Source: a virus. From it: 64,000 nt of DNA. How positions within the stretch are numbered: the first letter of the stretch is position 1; every line of letters begins with the position of its first letter. Positions 46,870-55,114 of the stretch are shown piece by piece. The notes under the pieces are model-generated. The model was not told where the DNA came from, ran no database searches, and saw nothing but the letters and a program-made list of their open reading frames with translations. The stretch lies in the IMG/VR virus record IMGVR_UViG_3300042516_002090, positions 2,578 through 66,577 of that record. One strand, written 5' to 3'. The position numbers and the translations under genes were made by a program.

Positions 46870-49266
46870 TTATACTCTTCCTGTTATTTCGTTTCCTAAC
46901 TCAGCCTCAAGGGTTGCCTCAAGCTGTATCTCTTCAAGGGCTTGCTTGCCCTTCAATAATTGTACTTGGTAGTTTGCGTCGGCCTTAATCTTAGCGAGCT
47001 GTTGCTCCTTCATAAGCTCCATGTTGGCCATCTCGCGCTGTTTCATGATTTCGATCTGAGCAAGCTGCATGGCTGTTTGGCGCTTAGCTTCTTCGGCCAT
47101 CATAGCAGACTGCTGTTGACCTTGAATTGTTTGCTGAAGCATCATTTGAGCATTCTTCTGCTCGCGTTCACGCGCTTCTGTTTCCTCGGTTGCCATGAAC
47201 CAAAGTGCTTCATCTACATCACCGTTCTTAAGAAGTTGAGCAACACGCTCTACACTTGACGGAGTAAGAAGAACTGAACCATCCTTGGTTGGGATTTGAG
47301 ACATCTGAATAGCTCTTTGAAGTATTGCGCTCTTTTCTTTTTCGTTCGGAATAGACTTAACGCTAATTGCAAGCTGGTCTAATGACAATCCTTCAATCTC
47401 ATCCAAGGAGTCAATCATGTTTTTGCCAATTACCGCCTCGTAAAACTCGCGAATCTTAGGGTCGTATTCTATGTCTATACGAGCCTGGTGAATCATGCGC
47501 TCTCCTACCTTGCGTTTAAAGTCACGCTCTGAATCGCGAAGAGTCCAGTTTGCGTGGTTGCCGGCTTGGTAATCCTGCTCCATAACACCAACAAGTCTTT
47601 CCGCGCTTTGGTCGGGGCTAGCCGCCATTGCATCCGGAATACCCATGGTATCCTTAATCATCATCTGCAAGTTGGCTATCTGCTGAATCCATTCAGTTCC
47701 CTGTGGGCCTAATCCGTTGTCCATCTCGGTCAATGGCTGGGACACATACTTTCCCGTTGCTGCGTTGAACTTAGTGGCAACAACCTGAATACCATTCTGA
47801 CGATGTACGTGTACAAGGTCAAACAAGTCGTATTCTACTCCGCCAATCTTGATGTTGGCGGCCTCACCTACGTCAATTCGATAACCCTTAGGAGCAGCAG
47901 CCCATACAGCGGCGCGAAGTTTAAGGATGGCGAACATTAAGTCGTCAAGCAATCCTCTTACGCTACGTGTGGGGGACTGTCCTGGAATACGGTCGATAAC
48001 GTAAGAACTCATCGGTGTGAGTCCCTTCTGCATCTGGTTAGGCTTCTTCTTCCATTCGTAGATTCGGTCAAGACCGGTTCCCGAGATGATGTATGAACCT
48101 TCGTACCAATAGTTGCAGGCAACCTCTTCGTATGTGTCGTTAGGATTCTTTTTCTTTTCCTCTACAGGCTTGTTGTTTCGAAGGAATGAGGCATAACCCT
48201 GCTTGTTCTTTCTCTCAACATATTGCTTGTAGTCAGTGGAAAGGTATTCAAACTTTAGGACGTAAACCTTGAAGTCCATCCAAACCCATCGGTTTGATGT
48301 CTCGTCCTTTCTCTCAAAAGCCCACACGGGAATCATGGAGGCATTCGTCTGATAAGGAACGTAAGACTTAGCCATTGACTGAATCTGCTTCTCGTCAAAT
48401 CCTGCCTCAACTAGCTTAGGGAATATCGACTGAATGGTCTCAATCTCAATGTGGCCAATAGCTACAGGCTCGTCTTCATTGTCTTCGTTCCAAAGCATGA
48501 TAAGACGAGCGGGGTCTATATATTGAACCTTTACTTGTCCTGTGATTGGGTCGTTGTAAATCTTAGCAGACCGGAAGTGGTAATCAATAGCGTCGCGATT
48601 TATATCAGTACGCATTGAACCCCAATTAGATGAACGAAAGCCTGACTCAGCAAGTTTCTCCAAGGCAACCTCATATTTAGTCTTGAAAAAACCAAGGCGA
48701 TCCGCCATGTCGAGCATGGTCTCGTCCTTTGGCACAAACGGAAGTTTAAACTCCGGAAGGCCAAGCTCACGCATTAACGGATTTGTAAAATTCGCTTTAG
48801 CGTAAATATCATTTTTTTCGCGCTTCTTTTTATTGATGATATTTTTATCAAGAGAAATACAATCAAGTTTGTAATCGTTATCAGAAAGAATTGATAAAAG
48901 AACATTGGTCAGTTTTTTCATTGGAGAGAAAATGTCGTAGCTTATGTTAGCCATCGCCTTTCTCTGTGCCGTGTTCATGCCCTTTGTTGACTGAGAGGTC
49001 TCGTTGTTTGACCTTGTCTTAGTTCCAATAGGGGATCCGTTAGTAAACCAGTTCTTATATTTCTCCACCGATTGAATTCCAGAGCCGTAGTTTCGGGTCT
49101 CTTGCATCTCAGGGAGCTGCGTGTATGAAAAGTACGTACCCCCTGTGCAAAAACGAGAATACAATGCTCTTCCGCATCGTAAGCCAAATTCGGGCTTTAG
49201 TTTTTCTATCTCTGGCACGTTATCGCTTGGAAACAAATAGTTTCCAGCCATTTGAGGTAGTATCAT
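46870..49266 (-). CDS. portal protein
   Basis: 798 aa after TerL; Q/M/A-rich C-terminal barrel typical of podoviral portals. Confidence 0.85.
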   Translation of the reverse strand: MILPQMAGNYLFPSDNVPEIEKLKPEFGLRCGRALYSRFCTGGTYFSYTQLPEMQETRNYGSGIQSVEKYKNWFTNGSPIGTKTRSNNETSQSTKGMNTAQRKAMANISYDIFSPMKKLTNVLLSILSDNDYKLDCISLDKNIINKKKREKNDIYAKANFTNPLMRELGLPEFKLPFVPKDETMLDMADRLGFFKTKYEVALEKLAESGFRSSNWGSMRTDINRDAIDYHFRSAKIYNDPITGQVKVQYIDPARLIMLWNEDNEDEPVAIGHIEIETIQSIFPKLVEAGFDEKQIQSMAKSYVPYQTNASMIPVWAFERKDETSNRWVWMDFKVYVLKFEYLSTDYKQYVERKNKQGYASFLRNNKPVEEKKKNPNDTYEEVACNYWYEGSYIISGTGLDRIYEWKKKPNQMQKGLTPMSSYVIDRIPGQSPTRSVRGLLDDLMFAILKLRAAVWAAAPKGYRIDVGEAANIKIGGVEYDLFDLVHVHRQNGIQVVATKFNAATGKYVSQPLTEMDNGLGPQGTEWIQQIANLQMMIKDTMGIPDAMAASPDQSAERLVGVMEQDYQAGNHANWTLRDSERDFKRKVGERMIHQARIDIEYDPKIREFYEAVIGKNMIDSLDEIEGLSLDQLAISVKSIPNEKEKSAILQRAIQMSQIPTKDGSVLLTPSSVERVAQLLKNGDVDEALWFMATEETEAREREQKNAQMMLQQTIQGQQQSAMMAEEAKRQTAMQLAQIEIMKQREMANMELMKEQQLAKIKADANYQVQLLKGKQALEEIQLEATLEAELGNEITGRV

Positions 49267-49272
49267 ATCTTA

Positions 49273-49300
49273 CAAATTTAATAAAACAACTACAAATGTA
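49273..49300 (-). promoter_or_regulatory. tandem -7 boxes before portal
   Basis: TACATTTG (49300-49293) and TAAATTTG (49280-49273). Confidence 0.6.
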
Positions 49301-49330
49301 TGAAAATTTATCATAAATGGTTGAAAACAA

Positions 49331-51793
49331 TCAATCTATTTCGAAAAACGAAAATCCTCCCTGTACCTCTATCGGTTGGTAAGCCTCCTTGTAAAGATCT
49401 GGCATCCGGCTCTTTATGGCTCTCATACACCACCCCGTTGCGGCACACAAGTCATGGTTTGTCAAGTCATCAATGCCCCTCATCTGACTCCATTCCTCGA
49501 CTATCTCCCACATTTTCACGTACTTAACATTGTTGTTAAAGAAGGTCATGATGTCTCCGGCCATCTCGTTTTTTTCGGCTTCCCCCGCCCAAACACCTGG
49601 TCTTGAGTCCTGCTTGCCGTCTGATCCCAAGTCCTTCAGAAGGTATCCGTCAAATCCGTTATCTCTAAAGTATTCGACAAGGGCCTCTCCATCGGGCCAT
49701 TCTGGGTAAACGTATGCCCCAAGGAATACAGCCGCCTTTAACCACTCTTCGTGATACTCAGCCTTGTCTTCGGTCTGTCTGTTGTAAATCAGAATCCAGT
49801 CGTTACTTACCCACTCGCTTCTAGGCTTGGTGTCGGGGTCCGCCTGACTATCTCTTTTGTAAAACACAGCGGCAGCAGCGTTTGACTTCTTTTTACCTAC
49901 AGTGTTTCGCTTGTGGAACTTTACAGGGTCACAGCAAAGGAAGAATCTATTCATTACCGATGGATCGGGAGCGTAAATAGGTCCCCTATTCTTTGGTTGA
50001 ATGTAGCCCTCTTCTGCTGTAACAACGGTCTTCCTATTACGCATCTCATTTGGAGGAAGGTAACTCATGGTCCAACTTCCCTTGGGGTCGTTTTCTACAT
50101 AAACATCCCCACCAAACTTGTCACCCATCCACTTGAAGTTGATTTTTGTTGTAATAGGTGTACGAGAAAACTTGAGTTCCGATATACGGTCGCGCATCTT
50201 CTCGATAGGCATACCCATGTCCTTAGGGATTACCGCGAACGCCTGCTTCCAACTCATCGGGAAGTTCTGCTGTAACTTAATCAGCTTTTGCCACTCCCTC
50301 TTGCGCTCGAAGTAGTCTGCCTGGTTCAAAAGATACGACTTAGCTCCCTTGGTAATCCACTTGCCCTCGTTAGACATCACAGGTTCCTTAGGGTCGTCGA
50401 TAATGCTTGCCCCATACTCGTCGATGTATCCCTCTACCGCGTAGTAACCCGGCAAGAAGAAGTTGATGAGTCCCGATGGTGTAGTTCCATTCTCATTACG
50501 ATCAGAGAAGTGCGAGTCGTTGGCAATGTCAAAGAACTGCGCTCCACCCCCTGTGTCCATGTCACCTACTGTAGATGGCATGATGCAGAACCCACGAATG
50601 TTTTCCCCTCGTTCGATAGCGGGTTTCATCGTGTTGTACCACCACGTCGGGATGTTTTGGTCCGCCGCCTTCGCATCCGTTTTCTTCGCTGGCTCGTCAC
50701 GGTAGACAAAAGCGATTTCCGCTTCACCATCCGCCGCTTTCTCCGTCGAAGGGAGCGGCGTGATAAAGCACTCCATTTGTTCTGGGATGATTCCTGCCCT
50801 TGCTGCTGATGCGATTGCTCCTTCATACTGGAAACGCAAGCCCTCCTTTGCCTCTATTCGTCCGCGATAGTATGGGCGAAAGAAGAAAGGAAGCTTGCTT
50901 ACAGGTGTTTGAATTTGTTTTATGAATATCTTGTTTACCGCCTGGTCCTCATTCATCGCCTGGATGATAAAGGTTTGGTCGGGCATATTGAGCGTTCCCC
51001 ACGTGCAGAAGCAACAAGCAATAGCTGTCTTAGCAATACGTCGCCCGGATACGAAGTTTATCCCATGCACAGTGCGCTTTCCTTTCTTGACCGTGATGTT
51101 TACGTTTGGTTCAACGAAGTACTCCACACCCATTTCGTTCATTTCGTCAACCACGTTCTTCACGTCTTGGTTTGAGTACTTTGTTTTTACTACCGCGTCT
51201 TCCCTGTAGATAATCTTGTGCTTATAGAACGCATCCTCTGTAGTGTAGGCATACATGAACAGGTGGAACATTTTCCTTTGGTAGTCCCTGTAGTCAGGTC
51301 TGTTGTTATTCTTACCAAAGTTCTTTACCGTCCAAAAGTTCAAGAAGAAATAGTTCGCCCCGTTTATGTAGGTTGGTTTCCCTTTAATGAAACACCAATA
51401 GCCAACGTATCTACGCTTTATCTGGAGCTTGATCCACTCAATCTCCATAGCGTAATACTTCTGATTCGATTCTATCTCCTCGTAAATATCTTCTAACCTT
51501 ACGTCACCGACCTCTTTGTACTTGGACTTGTTGGTTGCGTGTTTCTTATTAAAAACGACCTCGTAAATAAGTCTTATCTTTTCAGGAGTTTCCTGATAAG
51601 TGAACTTTTGGTCTTTTGGATTCATTCCATACCCATCGACGTAAGTAAGCGCTTCTTCCCTAGTGACCTCTCTTTTTAGGTGGTGTGAATACCACTCCTC
51701 AAGGCGCGGAAGCGGAATGCGGATTGTATCCAACTCGTCGTCATCCTCGTGGAATGAAACATACTTATCCTCCTCATCGTATTCGTACTTCAT
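49331..51793 (-). CDS. terL: terminase large subunit
   Basis: GRRIAKT Walker A, FVYRDE Walker B, PST, FLCCDP and HDLCAA nuclease motifs; ATGA-coupled start. Confidence 0.9.
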   Translation of the reverse strand: MKYEYDEEDKYVSFHEDDDELDTIRIPLPRLEEWYSHHLKREVTREEALTYVDGYGMNPKDQKFTYQETPEKIRLIYEVVFNKKHATNKSKYKEVGDVRLEDIYEEIESNQKYYAMEIEWIKLQIKRRYVGYWCFIKGKPTYINGANYFFLNFWTVKNFGKNNNRPDYRDYQRKMFHLFMYAYTTEDAFYKHKIIYREDAVVKTKYSNQDVKNVVDEMNEMGVEYFVEPNVNITVKKGKRTVHGINFVSGRRIAKTAIACCFCTWGTLNMPDQTFIIQAMNEDQAVNKIFIKQIQTPVSKLPFFFRPYYRGRIEAKEGLRFQYEGAIASAARAGIIPEQMECFITPLPSTEKAADGEAEIAFVYRDEPAKKTDAKAADQNIPTWWYNTMKPAIERGENIRGFCIMPSTVGDMDTGGGAQFFDIANDSHFSDRNENGTTPSGLINFFLPGYYAVEGYIDEYGASIIDDPKEPVMSNEGKWITKGAKSYLLNQADYFERKREWQKLIKLQQNFPMSWKQAFAVIPKDMGMPIEKMRDRISELKFSRTPITTKINFKWMGDKFGGDVYVENDPKGSWTMSYLPPNEMRNRKTVVTAEEGYIQPKNRGPIYAPDPSVMNRFFLCCDPVKFHKRNTVGKKKSNAAAAVFYKRDSQADPDTKPRSEWVSNDWILIYNRQTEDKAEYHEEWLKAAVFLGAYVYPEWPDGEALVEYFRDNGFDGYLLKDLGSDGKQDSRPGVWAGEAEKNEMAGDIMTFFNNNVKYVKMWEIVEEWSQMRGIDDLTNHDLCAATGWCMRAIKSRMPDLYKEAYQPIEVQGGFSFFEID

Positions 51794-52443
51794 GGTATTA
51801 CCTCCGGGAATATCTCTTTCTTTTCGCGCCAAATCCTTGCATAGTGTTCGGGCTGTATTCCAAGGTTCTCAGCGCGTACAGAGAATGTAATCGCTTTCTG
51901 TAGTGTAATGCTAACCTCGTCGCTCATGATTCGAGTACGAGCATCCACAAGTGTCTGGCGCCAACTCTCAAGACCTGCTTGGAAGTTTTTATCGTCGTTC
52001 GATCTGTCAACTGGCTGAGTCAATAGCGCCCTCTGCAACGCGGCTATTCGGATGTCTGCCGTACTCATGATTGAGTAGTCCTCCGAGCATTGCAGGCGGG
52101 TAAACGTGATGTACCGCTCCACCGCCCAGTCCACATTCATCATGCAGAGCTGAGCGTACCCATCCTCCGAATCCGTGTCATCAACCATGATATTCAGCTT
52201 GTTCAACGTGTATCGTTTGCGCTGGTTGATGTCCGGATACGCGTCTTTAACGGGCGTACCTGGAGCGAACATATATATGAGATATCGAACAACCTTGTCG
52301 GCGCTAACCCCCTCAGGAAGATCGTCAGACCTGTCCAGAATATGGGCTTGACTAGCCAGGTCCGAGAAACGGTAAATCACCGACTCGTCATCCGGGATGC
52401 CTTCAATGTTGTACGATATTTTACTAAAGTCTAGTTTTATCAT
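51790..52443 (-). CDS. putative terminase small subunit
   Basis: Helical 217 aa, coupled directly upstream of TerL. Confidence 0.5.
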   Translation of the reverse strand: MIKLDFSKISYNIEGIPDDESVIYRFSDLASQAHILDRSDDLPEGVSADKVVRYLIYMFAPGTPVKDAYPDINQRKRYTLNKLNIMVDDTDSEDGYAQLCMMNVDWAVERYITFTRLQCSEDYSIMSTADIRIAALQRALLTQPVDRSNDDKNFQAGLESWRQTLVDARTRIMSDEVSITLQKAITFSVRAENLGIQPEHYARIWREKKEIFPEVIP

Positions 52444-53243
52444 TCTTCGATTGCTAATATGACCCTAGGCTGAAACCTAACGTAATCACTTGACTCGGCC
52501 ATTGTTGAGTCTAACTTCACTGAGAAGTGTTTCTTAATACAAACCACGTCTCCTTTCTTTACCTCTGTGTTTGTCCATACATCGTCGGCAACATACTTGG
52601 GCATCTTTGCAGGTGGGACTTCTACTTGTACTCTTTCTGTTTCTGAATCCAACAGAAAAATACTTCCTGCCTTTCTATCATTAGGTAAAACCTTTCCAAT
52701 GATGTATCCGTTCATGCTCTTAATCTCTCCGTTCCTCTTCGCGGCATAAATACATTCAGAAGGAACAAGCACATATCTTTTTCCGTCCTTCTCAAACCCT
52801 CCGTCGCCTTCTGTGATAAAGTTTCTCGTGTAGGTAGAATCAAACCAAACCTCATCGCCTGGCTCTCCGTCAAACTCGCAAGAAAAGTCCCAGTTCTTTG
52901 TGGTAGAACCTTTTTCAGGCTTCTTTACAAGCACCCCGCGCCTAACAGCCTGAGTGGCCCTAATATCTTCCTTGTTGGGGTCAACCTCCTTCTTTTGTTC
53001 TCCAGCCATTCTCATGTATTCAGACATAGCCCTCTTGTCCTTGTAGTTACTTTTCTTCATAGACTTTACAAGAGAATTCATGTCGCTTATACTTCCAGAA
53101 TCGGTCATACCCTTTAGGCTGTTCACTAACTTCAATGTTCCCCCATTAAAAGATATCTCATCTTCGGTCCAAGAATGTATCTCGACCAAGCAGTCACCGT
53201 CTATAAGCCTTAACTGGTCTATGTCAACGTCTTCAAAGTTCAT
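52440..53243 (-). CDS. tandem GroES-like domain protein
   Basis: GDEVWF...YVLVPSECIYA and KAGSIFL...EVKKGDVVC motifs. Confidence 0.65.
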   Translation of the reverse strand: MNFEDVDIDQLRLIDGDCLVEIHSWTEDEISFNGGTLKLVNSLKGMTDSGSISDMNSLVKSMKKSNYKDKRAMSEYMRMAGEQKKEVDPNKEDIRATQAVRRGVLVKKPEKGSTTKNWDFSCEFDGEPGDEVWFDSTYTRNFITEGDGGFEKDGKRYVLVPSECIYAAKRNGEIKSMNGYIIGKVLPNDRKAGSIFLLDSETERVQVEVPPAKMPKYVADDVWTNTEVKKGDVVCIKKHFSVKLDSTMAESSDYVRFQPRVILAIEE

Positions 53244-53491
53244 TAGAGTATCTTCTTATAAATTTCAAATAGTTGCTTTTGGGTTTCAAAGTTCTTCTTG
53301 CCAACCGGCGTTCGCTTCTTTATCTTGTTCACACCACGGCGGAGTGACGAGTATGTTCCAAACAGATTGATTGCGTCCCAGTTACTCATCAGCTTCTCTA
53401 CATCCTTCATGTCTGTATTCTCCCGCTCGATGTAGTACTCATACACCTCTATAATCTTGAGGTAGTTACCCTTTGTTTTTGTCCTTATCAT
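53243..53491 (-). CDS. hypothetical protein
   Basis: 82-aa ORF in operon. Confidence 0.7.
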   Translation of the reverse strand: MIRTKTKGNYLKIIEVYEYYIERENTDMKDVEKLMSNWDAINLFGTYSSLRRGVNKIKKRTPVGKKNFETQKQLFEIYKKIL

Positions 53492-53768
53492 AATGCTCTT
53501 TCAGTTTTTGAAAGTATGTTGACCGCTTTATTCTGGTCTCAACCTGTGTTTTACCCATATCCTCTAGGGTGTCCTTGTATCTTACAATAGCCTTTTCGAC
53601 CTCGTCTAAATCGTTTGATGTTATGTTAGGATTGCAGTAAAGCAAGTTTCTCCGCGCAGATGTAGCCATCGGAGTGAATATTTTCATCACCTCATAAATC
53701 TCAATCTTCTCGTCAAGCATCCGGTTGACGATTGATATGGCTCTTTTCCAGTTTTCTGTCTTATTCAT
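53466..53768 (-). CDS. hypothetical protein
   Basis: ATG 53768 overlapping upstream stop region. Confidence 0.7.
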   Translation of the reverse strand: MNKTENWKRAISIVNRMLDEKIEIYEVMKIFTPMATSARRNLLYCNPNITSNDLDEVEKAIVRYKDTLEDMGKTQVETRIKRSTYFQKLKEHYDKDKNKG

Positions 53769-53976
53769 ATAAAAATGCAATGTGTCGTTCATGTACAGAG
53801 TAAACTTCAATGCCTTGCAGTTCCACCTTCTCTATTTTTCCCATAACACAAGCCTTCTGCCCAATCTGTAGTTCTACTCCGTTTCCTACCGCCGTTATGG
53901 TTACGTCTATTTGCTTTGGCTGTTTTTTATCGATCGTCACAAAAACACGCCCGTCTGGTGGTCTCAAGTTCGTCAT
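53761..53976 (-). CDS. GroES-like protein lacking mobile loop
   Basis: LRPPDGRVFV, ITAVGNG, LQIGQ, VELQGIEVYSVHERHI align to GroES strands. Confidence 0.65.
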   Translation of the reverse strand: MTNLRPPDGRVFVTIDKKQPKQIDVTITAVGNGVELQIGQKACVMGKIEKVELQGIEVYSVHERHIAFLYE

Positions 53977-53980
53977 GTTG

Positions 53981-54048
53981 CAAATATACAAACAAATAAC
54001 ATAGTGTCAAGTTCTTGCTTGTAAACAATACTATTTTGCGTAAATTTG
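53981..54048. promoter_or_regulatory. divergent promoters between morphogenesis and replication modules
   Basis: - strand TTG-N19-TATATTTG-CAAC-ATG; + strand TTG-N19-TAAATTTG-CGCT-ATG. Confidence 0.8.
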
Positions 54049-54052
54049 CGCT

Positions 54053-54244
54053 ATGTTTATCCTCTCAATTGTCTTAACTGTTGTATCTATCTATCTGATG
54101 ATCAAGAACTCCATATATGGCTGTGGCAAAAGATGTTACAAGACCCGAAAGGAGGCTCAGGATCATTGTGATCAGGACCAACAAGTGTTCATGTGTTGGG
54201 ACTGCGAAAAGTGGCACATAAAAAATAATGAAGAAAATACTTGA
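54053..54244 (+). CDS. small membrane-anchored Zn-finger protein
   Basis: N-terminal TM; CGKRCY and CWDCEKWH. Confidence 0.7.
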   Translation: MFILSIVLTVVSIYLMIKNSIYGCGKRCYKTRKEAQDHCDQDQQVFMCWDCEKWHIKNNEENT

Positions 54245-54276
54245 CAGCCACGCGTGTTTGTTTTATGTTTGTCAAA

Positions 54277-54386
54277 ATATTTCACCCCTCGTTTGCTACG
54301 AACCACAGTAAACTAGGGTTGGAAGCTAAGTAAAAACTTACTTATCAACCTAAAAGCTCGCAAAGTGGTTCTTGCGAGCTTTTTTT
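54277..54386 (+). ncRNA. kissing-loop leader RNA B of replication operon
   Basis: TTG-N20-TATGTTTG promoter; hairpin loop ACGAACCAC; UAAGUAA/UUACUUA hairpin; terminator loop AGUGGUUC and U7. Confidence 0.8.
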
Positions 54387-54391
54387 ATCTT

Positions 54392-55114
54392 ATGCACAAT
54401 CAATATTCAATCATCCCTGCAAGTGTGCTGCTTAGTAAGGAATTGTCATCTACTGAGAAATTGCTCATAGGTGTCATATCAAATCTATCAAACATCAAAG
54501 GTTATTGTTTCGCTTCAAACCATTACCTGGGTGAGTGCCTTGGTATATCCAAGCATAGTGTTCGTCGGGTTATTTCCGATCTAGAACAGAAGGGTGTTCT
54601 AGGGAGAATAGTTAAACTCAACAGTCGAAATGAAGTTGAGGTAAGGTGTTTAACAATAAATCCAGACGCTGATATTTTGAGTAGAACGGTCACCCCTGAA
54701 ATACCAATATCTGAAAATGAGGAAGATGAATTTTTTGATCATACCCCTGCTCAAAAACCTGCATACCCCCTGCTCAAAAATGAGCATACCCCTGCTCAGG
54801 AATGCTCACATAATAAAAAGAATAAAGTAAAAGAAGAAAGTAAGTATTCTTTCGAGCAGTTTTGGTTGATGTATGACAAGAAGGTGGATAAGAAACAAAC
54901 CCTTGCTGTTTGGAATAAACTATCTGCTGAGGACCGAACCCTAGCAGTTGAAGGCATGGGAAACCATAAAAGTGGGCGCGAGCGCAAATACTGGAAGGAC
55001 CCGATACGATATCTTCGCGACAGAAGGTGGGAAGACGAAACAACGAATACGAATACAAATACAAAACAAACTAACTACAATTATGACCCAAATGACCCAA
55101 GGAATAAATGGTAA
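54392..55114 (+). CDS. replication initiator (HTH, lambda O-like)
   Basis: LSSTEKLL...GYCFASNHYLGE HTH; FEQFWLMYDKK...P.RYL...RWEDE C-domain. Confidence 0.85.
   Translation: MHNQYSIIPASVLLSKELSSTEKLLIGVISNLSNIKGYCFASNHYLGECLGISKHSVRRVISDLEQKGVLGRIVKLNSRNEVEVRCLTINPDADILSRTVTPEIPISENEEDEFFDHTPAQKPAYPLLKNEHTPAQECSHNKKNKVKEESKYSFEQFWLMYDKKVDKKQTLAVWNKLSAEDRTLAVEGMGNHKSGRERKYWKDPIRYLRDRRWEDETTNTNTNTKQTNYNYDPNDPRNKW
54740..54808 (+). repeat. iterons (putative replication origin)
   Basis: CATACCCC(C)TGCTCA at 54740, 54762, 54785, followed by A-rich tract. Confidence 0.8.

Noticed and set aside
18669-52749. Many + strand ORFs opposite the structural genes
   Set aside because: Antisense shadows of long - strand genes, with no leaders or motifs
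54948-55082. N-terminal extension of primase-helicase from the track's TTG start
   Set aside because: Lies wholly within the initiator gene; ATG at 55083 or 55092 is more plausible
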